Shown one piece after another: positions 1 to 9,911 of a stretch of DNA of 57,684 bases (its first letter is position 1; each line of letters begins with the position of its first letter). Below the pieces are notes generated by a model that saw nothing but the letters and a program-made list of their open reading frames with translations, had not been told where the DNA came from and made no database searches. The DNA comes from Luteolibacter sp. (GTDB lineage: Bacteria > Verrucomicrobiota > Verrucomicrobiia > Verrucomicrobiales > Akkermansiaceae): assembly GCA_021298895.1 (NCBI GenBank), contig JAJTHK010000055.1:1-57684 (forward strand), given 5' to 3'. Made by a program: the position numbers and the translations under genes.

Positions 1-26
1 CTGCCGCGAGACGCGGCAGCTACCAA

Positions 27-62
27 CAAAAAGCCCCGCGGTGATTATCACCGCGGGGTTTA
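27..62 (-). terminator. Rho-independent terminator downstream of cysK
   Basis: 11-bp stem CCCCGCGGTGA/TCACCGCGGGG with an A-run on its left (a U-run on the minus strand), about 150 bp past the cysK stop. Confidence 0.75.
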
Positions 63-208
63 AAAGTTTGGGCCGCCGTCGCCCCGAATCCGCATCGGGG
101 GGGATGCTGAGCGGTGGCCACCCTAAAAGCTGTTGTTAACAAAATTTTATACGGGCGGCTTTTTCGGGAGTCTTACATAAAATTTGAAATTTTTTCGACA
201 CCCAGAGA

Positions 209-1186
209 TTAGATCTCCTGGACAGGCAAATTGGAGACCTCCTCGCGTAGTTTCTCGGCAAGCGGGGTTGAAAGGTAGCGCTCGCTGGAAGAGCAGCCTA
301 TCGTAACGATGCGCTTGCCTTTGAATTCCGGGCGTTTGGCGACCTGCATCGCCGCCCAAACGTTGGCTCCTGTGGAAATACCTGCTGGCAAACCTTCTTC
401 TTGTGCAAGAGCTTGGGCGGTTGCGAAAGCATCTTCGTTGGAGACTTGGATCACCTCGTCGACGATATCGACATTGAGGTTTCCTGGGATAAAGCCCGCA
501 CCAATTCCCTGGATCATGTGCGGACCTGGCTGAATCGGCTCGCCAGCTTTTTTCTGAGTGATAACAGGACTGTTAACAGGTTCGACGGCGAAAGTTTTCA
601 TCGCGCAACGCGATTTCAAAACTTCGGAGACTCCTGTGATAGTTCCACCTGTGCCGACACCTGCAACAAACGCATCAATTTTTCCATCCGTGTCGCGCCA
701 GATTTCTTCGGCGGTGGTTTCGCGGTGAACTTGTGGGTTGGCTGGATTATCAAATTGGCTCGGACCGTATGAACCTGGGTTTTCTTCGATGAGCTTTTTC
801 GCCATCGCAATCGCACCACCCATGCCTCTAGCACGTGGAGTGAGAACGATTTCCGCACCTAACAAACGAAGCAACACGCGGCGCTCAACCGACATGCTCT
901 CTGGCATCGTGAGAATGCAGCGGTAACCTTTCGATCGTGCGACAAACGCGAGGGCGATTCCGGTGTTTCCAGAAGTTGGCTCGATGATGAGGCCACCTGG
1001 CTTGAGTTTCCCCTCGCGCTCACCGGCCTCAATCATCGATTTACCGATACGGTCTTTCACGCTGAAGAGAGGATTGAAAAATTCTGCCTTCACGCAGATC
1101 TCAGCTTCGAGACCTTTGGTGATGTGGTTTAGGCGAATCAGTGGGGTGTTGCCAATCGTGGCAACCATGTTTTCTGCGATATTCAT
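209..1186 (-). CDS. cysK: cysteine synthase A
   Basis: 325 aa; IGNTPL, SVKDR (PLP lysine), [15 protein letters not shown] and IQGIGAGF motifs. Confidence 0.96.
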   Translation of the reverse strand: MNIAENMVATIGNTPLIRLNHITKGLEAEICVKAEFFNPLFSVKDRIGKSMIEAGEREGKLKPGGLIIEPTSGNTGIALAFVARSKGYRCILTMPESMSVERRVLLRLLGAEIVLTPRARGMGGAIAMAKKLIEENPGSYGPSQFDNPANPQVHRETTAEEIWRDTDGKIDAFVAGVGTGGTITGVSEVLKSRCAMKTFAVEPVNSPVITQKKAGEPIQPGPHMIQGIGAGFIPGNLNVDIVDEVIQVSNEDAFATAQALAQEEGLPAGISTGANVWAAMQVAKRPEFKGKRIVTIGCSSSERYLSTPLAEKLREEVSNLPVQEI

Positions 1187-1363
1187 AAGGTTTGGAGTCG
1201 TTATAAGTTGCCGCAGCTTAGGTAAGTCCGCGCGACCCCGCCAGCGGAAATCGACCCGATAAGGAAAAATCCCATTTCACTCGACCCAGCAATCATGCTT
1301 TGGGGCGAAGAAATATCCCCACTTTCACGATAGTATCGTTTTTCATGGCAGCTTTTCTCCGGA

Positions 1364-2374
1364 TCAATCCTTCACAGGCACGATCCAGATGTTACGAAAA
1401 AAGACTGGGTTGCCATGATCTTGTATATTGACCGGGCCCTCGGCATTCACGAGCGGAGTCGAAATTGGTGCGGCAGTGGTGAAGTCTTTGTTCAGCTCCA
1501 GATCTTCATGCACGAGCACGCCGTTGAGCCTCACGGTGATGCGTGGCCATGTGGTTCGTTTGCCTTCGGCATCGAATTTCGCAGCCGTTAATTCCACATC
1601 ATAAGTCTGCCATGCAAGTGGCGGCAGGCACATGTTGAGTTTCGGTTTTGAGACCGAATAAATCCCTCCGCATTCGTTGTCCTTGCCATCGAGCCCAAAG
1701 GAATCAAGCACTTGGGTTTCCCACCGACCACTGTGATAAATACCGCTGTTGCCGCGACCCTGTCCGCGAGCGGTGGGCTTATAGGGCGTGCGGAATTCTA
1801 AGTGAAGACGGTAACTTGCGAATTTTTGTTTTGAGGTACATCCCGAAGCGAGCAAACCATTTTCGACTTTTCCCTTTTCCCACTGCTCTGCCGAACTTCC
1901 ATCAAATAAAACCACCGCATCCTTCGGCGCAGCCATCCCCAGAGTCGGACTCTTACGCTCGATGCGCGACAGTTCCGATTTCTTGCCATCTTTGTCTGTT
2001 AGAATCCACTTGCCACCTTGAATTGTGGCAGCGATCGATTTGTCAGAACTTTCGAAAACGATTTTATCTTCCTGGCGGGCACCTTTCAGAATGGTGCGCT
2101 TTTTATCAGGAGTCCACCCCAAGCCCGGCAATCCTCCTTCTAACAGGCAAGCATCAAACAATCCACCACCAAGTGCTACAACCTGAACCCCCTCACTGGC
2201 GCCCCCTGCTTTTTCACCTCCATATTCACCTTGAATAGAGAAATCCGGATCTTCTCTAATAGCGACTTCAGGATCGGTCCAGGCCTTGTCTTGCTTCTTT
2301 TCTGCCGCACGAACTTGGCAAATGCCCAAGACGAAGAATGCAGACAAACAATGGAGGAGGAAAATTGGTTTCAT
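1364..2374 (-). CDS. secreted DUF1080 (3-keto-disaccharide hydrolase family) protein
   Basis: Signal peptide; VVLFDG, LHLEF, GNSGIY, WQTYDV, VRLNGV and IQDHGNPVFFRNIWI motifs. Confidence 0.85.
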   Translation of the reverse strand: MKPIFLLHCLSAFFVLGICQVRAAEKKQDKAWTDPEVAIREDPDFSIQGEYGGEKAGGASEGVQVVALGGGLFDACLLEGGLPGLGWTPDKKRTILKGARQEDKIVFESSDKSIAATIQGGKWILTDKDGKKSELSRIERKSPTLGMAAPKDAVVLFDGSSAEQWEKGKVENGLLASGCTSKQKFASYRLHLEFRTPYKPTARGQGRGNSGIYHSGRWETQVLDSFGLDGKDNECGGIYSVSKPKLNMCLPPLAWQTYDVELTAAKFDAEGKRTTWPRITVRLNGVLVHEDLELNKDFTTAAPISTPLVNAEGPVNIQDHGNPVFFRNIWIVPVKD

Positions 2375-2447
2375 GGGTTTATTTGCTTTTAAAATACCTC
2401 TACGGCTTGAGTAAAATGCATACTCTATTGACGAAATATAAAGTCAC

Positions 2448-3188
2448 CTAAATCTGGAAATCCGAAGTGTTCGACTCCTGGTGCAGTCCGCACTCAAATT
2501 TCTCGCCGTTGAAGCGGGTGCCGTTGGTGGTGCCGTCTTCGGAGGGTTTAGTACTGTGCCAATCGCCCATGGTAACGTAGCCCTGTTCGGCGAGTGGGTG
2601 ACGGGGAAGTTGGTGTTGATGAAAAAACAGATCCACCTGTGCATCAGCCCAATCGAGGATGGGATAGACTTTGAGCGTTCTCTTTTGTTGCTCAGCGAAA
2701 GGTCGATCCTGGCGCGTTTCGGAGTGTGAGCGCCGCAAACCGCTGATCCAAACATCGCCGCCAATCTCGCGCAACGCACGATTCATCGGCTCGACTTTTG
2801 TTAGAAGCGCGTAACGATCCGCGCCTTCTTTACCGTTTTCCCAAAGATTCCCCCAAAGCGCCTGAATGCGTGCGGCGGAAAGGGTGGGTTGGTAGATTCT
2901 GTAATCGAGCGGAAATTTCTCCATCAACTCTTCTGCATAGCGGTAGGTCTCGGGGAAAAGGAATCCGGTATCGATGGAAACGATAGGAATTTTCGGTGCG
3001 TGATCGTGGATGAGCTTGAGCATCACCGCCGCTTGAAGGCCGAAGCTTGTACTGGCGACAAGGCGGCTACCGAGGCGCTCATACAACAACTCAAGACGCT
3101 TCCCCGCACGAAGATTCACGAGTTCAGCGGAGAGCTGAACCGGATCTACGACTTGCGCGTCTTGGGTGTTGTTCTTCAGAGCTTCCAT
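2448..3188 (-). CDS. cysH: phosphoadenylyl-sulfate (PAPS) reductase
   Basis: TSFG, IDTGFLFPETY, SGLRR and C-terminal ECGLH motifs; directly downstream of cysI. Confidence 0.93.
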   Translation of the reverse strand: MEALKNNTQDAQVVDPVQLSAELVNLRAGKRLELLYERLGSRLVASTSFGLQAAVMLKLIHDHAPKIPIVSIDTGFLFPETYRYAEELMEKFPLDYRIYQPTLSAARIQALWGNLWENGKEGADRYALLTKVEPMNRALREIGGDVWISGLRRSHSETRQDRPFAEQQKRTLKVYPILDWADAQVDLFFHQHQLPRHPLAEQGYVTMGDWHSTKPSEDGTTNGTRFNGEKFECGLHQESNTSDFQI

Positions 3189-3200
3189 GAAAATGCGTGA

Positions 3201-4916
3201 TTAAGCTCGTGCTTCTTCTTTAATGTTCTTGTGGAAATCCTTGCCTTGCTCGGTAGCGCTCACATAGCCCGCACGAATACAAAAATCGCCGAAACGCTCA
3301 CCTTCTTTACGCTCTTTGGCGTAATGCTTGATGATGGGACCGAGGAGCGATTTAACTTCACCACCAGGGAAATTCTCTCGGAAAAGTTTCGACAACCGCT
3401 GACCCGCAAAACCACCGCCGAGATAGACGTTGTAGCAACCGGGTGAACGACCGACGAAGCCGATCTCTGAAATATAAGGGCGCGCGCAACCGTTCGGGCA
3501 GCCGGTCATACGGATAGTGATCGCATCGTGGCGGAGGCCGGCTTCTTCGATGACTTCCTCAAGTTCTGTTAGAAGCTCGGGCAGGTAACGTTCCGCCTCG
3601 GCGAGGGATAGAGCACAAGTCGGCAACGCCACGCAAGCAAGCGAGTTCAAACGCAGGCCGCTTTTCAAATGGCTGTCTTTGATACCGTATTGTTCGAGAA
3701 GCTTTTCGATTTCCGGACGTTTCTCTTTTGAAACGTTGGCGATCATCAGGTTCTGGTTTGCGGTGAGGCGGAAGTCGCCATCGTGAATTTTTGCGATTTC
3801 ACGCAAACCCGTGCGCATCGGATAGCTCGGCGTGTCGAGCACACGACCGCCTTGAATGAAAAGGGTGAGGTTGAATTTTCCATTAACGCCTTCGACCCAA
3901 CCGTAACGATCGCCGTTATCCTCAAATTTGAATTCACGAACCGGACCAAGGTTATAACCGAGGTATTCGTTGAGTTTTTCAAGGAACCACTGAGGGCCGT
4001 GATCGTCCACGGTGTATTTCAAACGCGCATGTTTGCGCTCCGTGCGGCAACCGAAATCGCGCTGCACAAGAACGACTTTTTCAGCGACGTCGTTGACTTG
4101 CTCGACCGTGCAGAAACCGATCACATCCGCCAGGCGCGGGTAGGTTTCTTCAGAGCCGTGGGTCATGCCCATGCCACCGCCGACTGCGACGTTGAAACCG
4201 ACGAGTTTGTCATTTTCAACAATGGCGATGAAGGACAAGCAGTTCGCGTAGATGTCGACATCGTTGGATGGCGGCACCGCGACCGTGATTTTAAACTTAC
4301 GTGGAAGGTAGGTTTTACCGTAGATCGGCTCGACCTCTTCTTCGCTGGATTCGATTTTCTCACCATCTAACCAGATCTCGTGATAGGCACGAGTTGCAGG
4401 CGTGAGGTGATCGGAAATCTGTTGGGAAACTTTTAGTACTTCCGCGTGAACCGATGAGAGGTAAGGGTTCGGGTTGCACATCACGTTGCGGTTCACATCG
4501 CCGCAAGCCGCAATCGTATCCATCGCCGTTTGGTTGATCTCTTTGATCGTGCGCTTGAGGTTGGATTTGATGATGCCGTGAAATTGAAACGCTTGGCGTG
4601 TGGTGAGCTTGATCGTGCCGTTAGCGAACTGCGTCGCCATGCGGTCGGTTTCGAGCCACTGCTCAGGAGTCGCGACTCCACCCGGCACGCGAATACGGAT
4701 CATGAACGAGTAGGCTTTATCCAACTTGTGTTTACGACGGTTCGCACGCAGGTCGCGATCGTCTTGTTGGTATGTGCCGTGGAATTTCAGCAACTGCTGA
4801 TCGTCCTCGCTCATCGAGCCAGTGGACGTATCGGCGAGACCTTCCTTGATGGTTCCGCGGAGGTAATTGCTGCGAATCTTGATGTATTCGTTAGCGGCTA
4901 GTTTTTGATCGGACAT
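3201..4916 (-). CDS. cysI: assimilatory sulfite reductase hemoprotein subunit
   Basis: [38 protein letters not shown] and GCPNGC (siroheme/4Fe-4S ligands). Confidence 0.96.
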   Translation of the reverse strand: MSDQKLAANEYIKIRSNYLRGTIKEGLADTSTGSMSEDDQQLLKFHGTYQQDDRDLRANRRKHKLDKAYSFMIRIRVPGGVATPEQWLETDRMATQFANGTIKLTTRQAFQFHGIIKSNLKRTIKEINQTAMDTIAACGDVNRNVMCNPNPYLSSVHAEVLKVSQQISDHLTPATRAYHEIWLDGEKIESSEEEVEPIYGKTYLPRKFKITVAVPPSNDVDIYANCLSFIAIVENDKLVGFNVAVGGGMGMTHGSEETYPRLADVIGFCTVEQVNDVAEKVVLVQRDFGCRTERKHARLKYTVDDHGPQWFLEKLNEYLGYNLGPVREFKFEDNGDRYGWVEGVNGKFNLTLFIQGGRVLDTPSYPMRTGLREIAKIHDGDFRLTANQNLMIANVSKEKRPEIEKLLEQYGIKDSHLKSGLRLNSLACVALPTCALSLAEAERYLPELLTELEEVIEEAGLRHDAITIRMTGCPNGCARPYISEIGFVGRSPGCYNVYLGGGFAGQRLSKLFRENFPGGEVKSLLGPIIKHYAKERKEGERFGDFCIRAGYVSATEQGKDFHKNIKEEARA

Positions 4917-4932
4917 GATGATTATAGGGAAA

Positions 4933-4974
4933 GATGGGTCGGATTGGACTGATCGGTCGGATCAGACGGATTTT
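4933..4974. repeat. degenerate 9-bp tandem repeat (single arm) between cysJ and cysI
   Basis: gatgggtcg-gattggact-gatcggtcg-gatcagacg-gatttt. Confidence 0.65.
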
Positions 4975-4976
4975 CT

Positions 4977-6743
4977 TCAATAAACGTCGCGCTGGTAACG
5001 CTTGGATTTTTTGAGGCTCTCAACGTATTCCTCGGCTTGTTCGCGGGATTTCGCGCCGTGGGTTGAAACGATGGAAATGAGTGCCTCGTGAACATCGGCT
5101 GCCATGCGACTCGCGTCGCCGCAGACATAGAAATGCGCGCCTTTTTCTAGCCATGCGTAAAGTTCCGCACCCTTTTCTAACATTTTATCTTGGACGTAGA
5201 CTTTCTCGGGTTGGTCGCGCGAAAAGGCGAGGTCGAGTTTGGTGAGATTGCCGTTTTTGAGAAAATCCTGCCACTCGAGTTGATAAAGGAAATCGTAGGT
5301 GTAGCGCTGATCACCGAAGAACAGCCAGTTTTCTCCGGTCGCTCCGGTTGCCGCACGGTGTTCAACAAAGGAACGGAATGGAGCCACACCTGTGCCCGGA
5401 CCCACCATGATGATGGGCGTCTTGTCATCGGCTGGAAGGCGGAAGTTTTTGTTAGGCTGCACGAACACCGGAACATTTTCACCGATCTTTGCGATGTCGG
5501 AGAGGTAGGTGGAGCAAACGCCTTTGCGAGTTCTACCGTGAGTTTCATATCTCACCGCTGCAACGGTGAGATGCACTTCATCTGGATGTGCGAGCGGGCT
5601 GGAAGCGATGGAATATAAGCGCACTGGAAGTTTGCGGAAAATACCAGCAAGCGCATCGGCGGACAGACCGTTGGGCGCGAAGTCGATGATCGCATCGATG
5701 ATTTCGCGACCATCCATATATTCGCGAAGCTGGTCTTTGGCTTCTTCTTCAAGAAGAGCGGTGAGCTTTGCCGTTCCTGTAGCTTCAGCGAGCTTTTTCA
5801 AAACCGCTTTGGAAAGCGCGGTGATATCGAAGTCTTCGCGTAAGGCGTCCGCCAAAAGCTTTTTGCCCTCACCTTTCACTTCGATCTCTTCGATACCTTT
5901 TAATTTCGCAGCAGCAAGGATGTCTTTGACCATCGCTGGGCAATTCGTTGGCTGAACCGCTAGCGCATCGCCGGGTTCGTATTGCAAGCCACTACCTGTT
6001 AGAGAGAGTTCAACATGAATAGTTTCTTTTGTGGAGCCTTCGCCGTTGAGAAGAAGGTTTTCGATCACTTCGGAAGGGAAAGGATTTTTCTTTCCAAAAT
6101 CGGTGCTGACAGGAGCGGCATATTCGTAAGCGGCAGGTGCAGCAGCGGCGGCAGCAGGAGTGATCGCCTTGAGTGCGATTGCGAACCACTCGGCAAACGT
6201 ATCTTCGTAATCGACATCACAATCCGCACGTGGCGCCACTCGAGTCGCACCTAACGCTTCAAGTCGGGCATCGAACTGTTTTCCGATTTCGCAGAATTTT
6301 TCGTAAGAGGTATCGCCGAGTCCGCAGACGGAAAATTTCACGCCAGTGAGTTTCACATCCTCGGACATGAAGGCTTTATGGAAACTGACAGCGGTTTCAG
6401 GAGCTTCGCCATCGCCCCATGTGGAAACGATCACGAGCAGGTTTTCGACTTTCGCGAGATCCGCCGGAGAAATGTCCGACATGTTTTTCATCACGGCTTT
6501 GAAACCTTTTTTCTTCGCTTCTTTGACGGCGCGGTCCGCGAGTTGCTCGGAGTTGCCGCTTTCCGTGCCGTAAAGCACGGTCAATTTACCAGCCGACACA
6601 GCAGCAGCGGCGGGCACGACAGCAGACGAACTGGCCGCAAGGAATCCACTGAGCCATCCGCGCTGAAGCGCATCCAAGCCAGCAAGCATCGAATCCAACG
6701 ACTTGCGCTGGTCTGGGGAAAACGGGGAACTCTCGGGAAGCAT
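4977..6743 (-). CDS. cysJ: sulfite reductase flavoprotein subunit
   Basis: Flavodoxin motifs YGTESGNS and STWGDGEAP; RLYSIASS, GPGTGVAPF and terminal RYQRDVY. Confidence 0.95.
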   Translation of the reverse strand: MLPESSPFSPDQRKSLDSMLAGLDALQRGWLSGFLAASSSAVVPAAAAVSAGKLTVLYGTESGNSEQLADRAVKEAKKKGFKAVMKNMSDISPADLAKVENLLVIVSTWGDGEAPETAVSFHKAFMSEDVKLTGVKFSVCGLGDTSYEKFCEIGKQFDARLEALGATRVAPRADCDVDYEDTFAEWFAIALKAITPAAAAAAPAAYEYAAPVSTDFGKKNPFPSEVIENLLLNGEGSTKETIHVELSLTGSGLQYEPGDALAVQPTNCPAMVKDILAAAKLKGIEEIEVKGEGKKLLADALREDFDITALSKAVLKKLAEATGTAKLTALLEEEAKDQLREYMDGREIIDAIIDFAPNGLSADALAGIFRKLPVRLYSIASSPLAHPDEVHLTVAAVRYETHGRTRKGVCSTYLSDIAKIGENVPVFVQPNKNFRLPADDKTPIIMVGPGTGVAPFRSFVEHRAATGATGENWLFFGDQRYTYDFLYQLEWQDFLKNGNLTKLDLAFSRDQPEKVYVQDKMLEKGAELYAWLEKGAHFYVCGDASRMAADVHEALISIVSTHGAKSREQAEEYVESLKKSKRYQRDVY

Positions 6744-6981
6744 AATCCTTAGTAATTTACCTTTCTTTGTCAGGTTTCAACAAAAACCTGCATTCTCATG
6801 GGCGAATTAGCAACTATTATTTCAGAAAAATCGCCACCAACCCCTTCACCACCCCTCCCCAACATCCACCCCGAAAACCACCAAATTTACAATCTTTGTC
6901 CCAGCTGTGACAAGAATTGTAAAAAGCGATGGGCGGTTAGGCGACGTTGCCTTGGTGGGTGAGCTTATTATTTAAGCTAAT

Positions 6982-7011
6982 CGGCTCATAATTTAGTCTT
7001 TTCATGAGCCG
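6982..7011 (-). terminator. possible hairpin after the GH127-like gene
   Basis: CGGCTCAT...ATGAGCCG inverted repeat about 20 bp beyond the stop; long loop and no clear U-tract. Confidence 0.3.
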
Positions 7012-7030
7012 GATCTTTTCCTGTCTCCGG

Positions 7031-8248
7031 TTACGGAAATATAATCTGCCGCCGGTAGCCGACGGCCGGGTCCAGCAGATGGTAGATCGGTTGGAGCACG
7101 AGATCCGTGCCTTCGACCAGGAAATCACGCTCGCCTCGACGGCTGAATCGCGCATCAGGCTTGACGGACACCGCCTTCGGTCCCGAGTAGCCCAGCATCA
7201 GCGGACCGTAATGGAACGTGCGATAGTCAGCGCGGTCGGCACCGTTAACCCGGTTAATGGGCGCCTTGGCCGCGACGCTCTGCTCGAATGACAACTCCAC
7301 GACGTCCCCCGCCTGCCAGCGGCGCGAAACATTGAGGAATCCACCTTGGGGGGTTAACGATACCATTGAGCCATTGAGCTTGAGGACCGGGCGCTCAGCC
7401 CAAGAGGGAGTAAACAGGTTCAGGGTTCGTGGCTCATCGCCTTGGGCAGCGGTTACCTCAAGCCGCACGTCGCCCTGCCACGGATAGCCCGTCTTTTGGA
7501 GGAGCGTGAGAGATTGTTTACCCCAACGCAAAGTGGCCCGGGCATCCTGGTAAAAGGGCACGATCACGCCCGCATCGCTCTTGAAAAAACAATACTGCGC
7601 CGCCTTGGTCAGCCCGTCGGCACCCCGCATGGTGCAGCACTGGGTTGCCTCCTGGGATACAATGGTTAGAAAGGGTTTATCCACCGAGGGGCAGCTGTTA
7701 CAGCCGAGGCCGCCATTGCTTCTCTGATTGACGCTCAGCCCGTTGTAGTAGATCCGGTGGGCATCCTCGAGGTAAGTGGCCTCGCCGGTGTAGCGCCACA
7801 ACTGCACGGCGATGATGACCGCGTCGGGCGGCATGACCGGCCCAAGGTAGCCCCGGGCGTTGACTCTGCTCGCATACATGTCGAGGCTCGCCCCAAGGTT
7901 CTTGGCTGGTCTTCCAGTGACCTGCTCCAGCAGAACGAGTCCAAGCAAGGTGCGTCCCTCTTTGTCTCCAGGCCATCCGGCGTTGGGGGAGTCGAAGAGC
8001 GCTGGGGGAGAGTAGTCTTTTTTCTCGAGACGATCGAAGCTCGCCATCAGCCGCTTGGACAGCTCGCCGGTCATCCTCACGTCGGCGAGTTCCACGGCGA
8101 CCGGCCAAGGGCATTCAGGCGGTGCCACCCCCTTGTCCCGGGCAACGCCATCCGATGCGGACGCGAGCGCCGGAAGCAGCAGGAGAAGGGCCCATCGAAA
8201 GGACGGAACGAATGGAGCGGATAGGAATTTGGCCTTCAACTTACTCAT
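7031..8248 (-). CDS. GH127/GH146 (beta-L-arabinofuranosidase-like) glycoside hydrolase, probably with an in-frame internal deletion
   Basis: Signal peptide; WPGDKEGR, QLWRYTGEATYLEDAHRIYYN, QCCTMRG, TGYPWQGDV, RRWQAGDVVEL and YGPLMLG motifs; only 405 aa. Confidence 0.7.
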   Translation of the reverse strand: MSKLKAKFLSAPFVPSFRWALLLLLPALASASDGVARDKGVAPPECPWPVAVELADVRMTGELSKRLMASFDRLEKKDYSPPALFDSPNAGWPGDKEGRTLLGLVLLEQVTGRPAKNLGASLDMYASRVNARGYLGPVMPPDAVIIAVQLWRYTGEATYLEDAHRIYYNGLSVNQRSNGGLGCNSCPSVDKPFLTIVSQEATQCCTMRGADGLTKAAQYCFFKSDAGVIVPFYQDARATLRWGKQSLTLLQKTGYPWQGDVRLEVTAAQGDEPRTLNLFTPSWAERPVLKLNGSMVSLTPQGGFLNVSRRWQAGDVVELSFEQSVAAKAPINRVNGADRADYRTFHYGPLMLGYSGPKAVSVKPDARFSRRGERDFLVEGTDLVLQPIYHLLDPAVGYRRQIIFP

Positions 8249-8350
8249 AACGTATCTAACATGGCCTTTTGCGACCCAAAAAACAATGGTAGCCTATGCC
8301 AAAAATATGTATATTCTTGCATTTTTTGATAACCTGCGGAAAATGCTGGA

Positions 8351-9226
8351 GTGAATCGAATTTTGAATGAATTCATGTGGTCTGAGCGTGGCGGTGGCAT
8401 CCCTGCCTTAGGTTCCGCCTACGAGTATTGTGGCGAACATGTAAAAAAAATCGGTCGTTATCGATGTGGTTTGTGGGTGCTTGACTATGCGTTTGCGCCT
8501 CATGGAATCGTCCGTGTCGGCTCAACGCGGAGGCCATGGTGTGTGCGACCGGCGCGGACGGCACATCTCTATCCGCCGAATACCCGCTACTGGGAGGACA
8601 CGCGAGTGGAAAAGGGGCCGCGCCACAACGGCTATCTGTTATTCGCAGCCGGCGAACAGACAGGCCTAGCCGACTGGGTGGATCCTGTCTCTAAGCACGC
8701 GCGCTTTCTGGATCCTGAAGGCGTCCTCGGAAAGCTGATCACGACAGCGGCGCGCGCGGGCGCTGAAAGCGGCGAGGCGGTTTTCTGGGATGCGCAGGCG
8801 GCGTTGTGTAGCGCATTGCATCTGCTGGTCAATGCGGCGCGCTTGGATGCAGGGATCTATCGCGTTGGTCCGGCGACCATGAGCGCCGAGACTGATTTTG
8901 TTAGAGAAGTCAACCGGCTCTTGGGGCTGGATCTAGCCACGCCGCTTAGCCTGGCACAGGTCGCTGCTGAGATGCACGTAAGTCTGTCCGCCCTATCACA
9001 CCGCTACAGGCGAGAGGCTGGCATAGCTCCCATAGCCGCCTACCGGGCTTTGCGAATTGAACGGGCAAAGGCCTTGCTGCTGCGCGGCATCCCGCTCCAT
9101 ACGATTGCCGAAGAACTGGGCTTCAGCGATGCCTTTCACCTGTCCAAGGCATTCAAGCAGGTGCTTGGACTCGCGCCGCGCTATTTCCTTCGCGACTATC
9201 AGCAGGGTAAACCCAGCCAAAAATAA
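8351..9226 (+). CDS. AraC-family transcriptional regulator
   Basis: C-terminal double HTH (SLAQVAAEMHVSLSALSHRY; IAEELGFSDAFHLSKAFKQVLGLAP); divergent from the GH gene. Confidence 0.9.
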   Translation: MNRILNEFMWSERGGGIPALGSAYEYCGEHVKKIGRYRCGLWVLDYAFAPHGIVRVGSTRRPWCVRPARTAHLYPPNTRYWEDTRVEKGPRHNGYLLFAAGEQTGLADWVDPVSKHARFLDPEGVLGKLITTAARAGAESGEAVFWDAQAALCSALHLLVNAARLDAGIYRVGPATMSAETDFVREVNRLLGLDLATPLSLAQVAAEMHVSLSALSHRYRREAGIAPIAAYRALRIERAKALLLRGIPLHTIAEELGFSDAFHLSKAFKQVLGLAPRYFLRDYQQGKPSQK

Positions 9227-9397
9227 TTTGAATAGTTGGAGGTCGAAAATAGCGGGATTACTTAATATGTGTAGTCGTCGCTGTCGCTCCTCAACCCCGC
9301 ACTAATTTCTTAGATTCGACTAGGATCGCAAATGGTAGAACAAGCATAAACCACGAATCCTCTTTTACAGACGCCATCATTGACCTAAATTCTTGAT

Positions 9398-9844
9398 GTG
9401 AAACGATTCACCTCACTACAAACCATCCCTGAAATTCAAACGATTGAGGGATCTTTCCGTCCGCACTATGAATACCAATGGCCGGCTGACCTGCCGTCTC
9501 ATTGTGAGATCTGTGGAAACGAATTTCGTGTCAGTGAAAATCTTCAATTCGGACCAAAACGCTCATCTGTAATCCTAAAAAAAATTTCCCTGCTTTCGAT
9601 ACTTGCTTCTACTGCAACTTTGTTACTCGTAGTCGCACCAGTTGCGATGTTGAATTTTAACAACTCATACATTGATATAGGGATTACCTTGATTGCCGTT
9701 CTCGCTTGCTTCGTGTTCATGGCCGCACCAGTGCTGTTTTTCATATCCATCTTTTCGCCAGATATCCGCCACTTGAATTGTAACAAATGTAGCTGGAATC
9801 GGGATTATCGCCTCCAAAAAACCCAACTTAAGCTATCAAAGTAA
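9398..9844 (+). CDS. hypothetical membrane protein, CxxC ... HxxCxxC around two hydrophobic segments
   Basis: HCEICG, two hydrophobic stretches, then DIRHLNCNKC; AT-rich; GTG start. Confidence 0.55.
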   Translation: MKRFTSLQTIPEIQTIEGSFRPHYEYQWPADLPSHCEICGNEFRVSENLQFGPKRSSVILKKISLLSILASTATLLLVVAPVAMLNFNNSYIDIGITLIAVLACFVFMAAPVLFFISIFSPDIRHLNCNKCSWNRDYRLQKTQLKLSK

Positions 9845-9911
9845 GTGACCTTTTCATGAACCCTACCAATTCAGGGTTTCCTAATTGAGGATTTAGCTTT
9901 AAACCTCCCGC

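Noticed and set aside
6750-6780. Rrf2 (CymR/IscR-like) operator upstream of cysJ
   Set aside because: Only a weak imperfect dyad, with no clear second copy at cysK.
6936-6942. Integron attC core GTTAGGC at the islet edge
   Set aside because: No matching RYYYAAC inverse core or attC-like fold, and no integrase.
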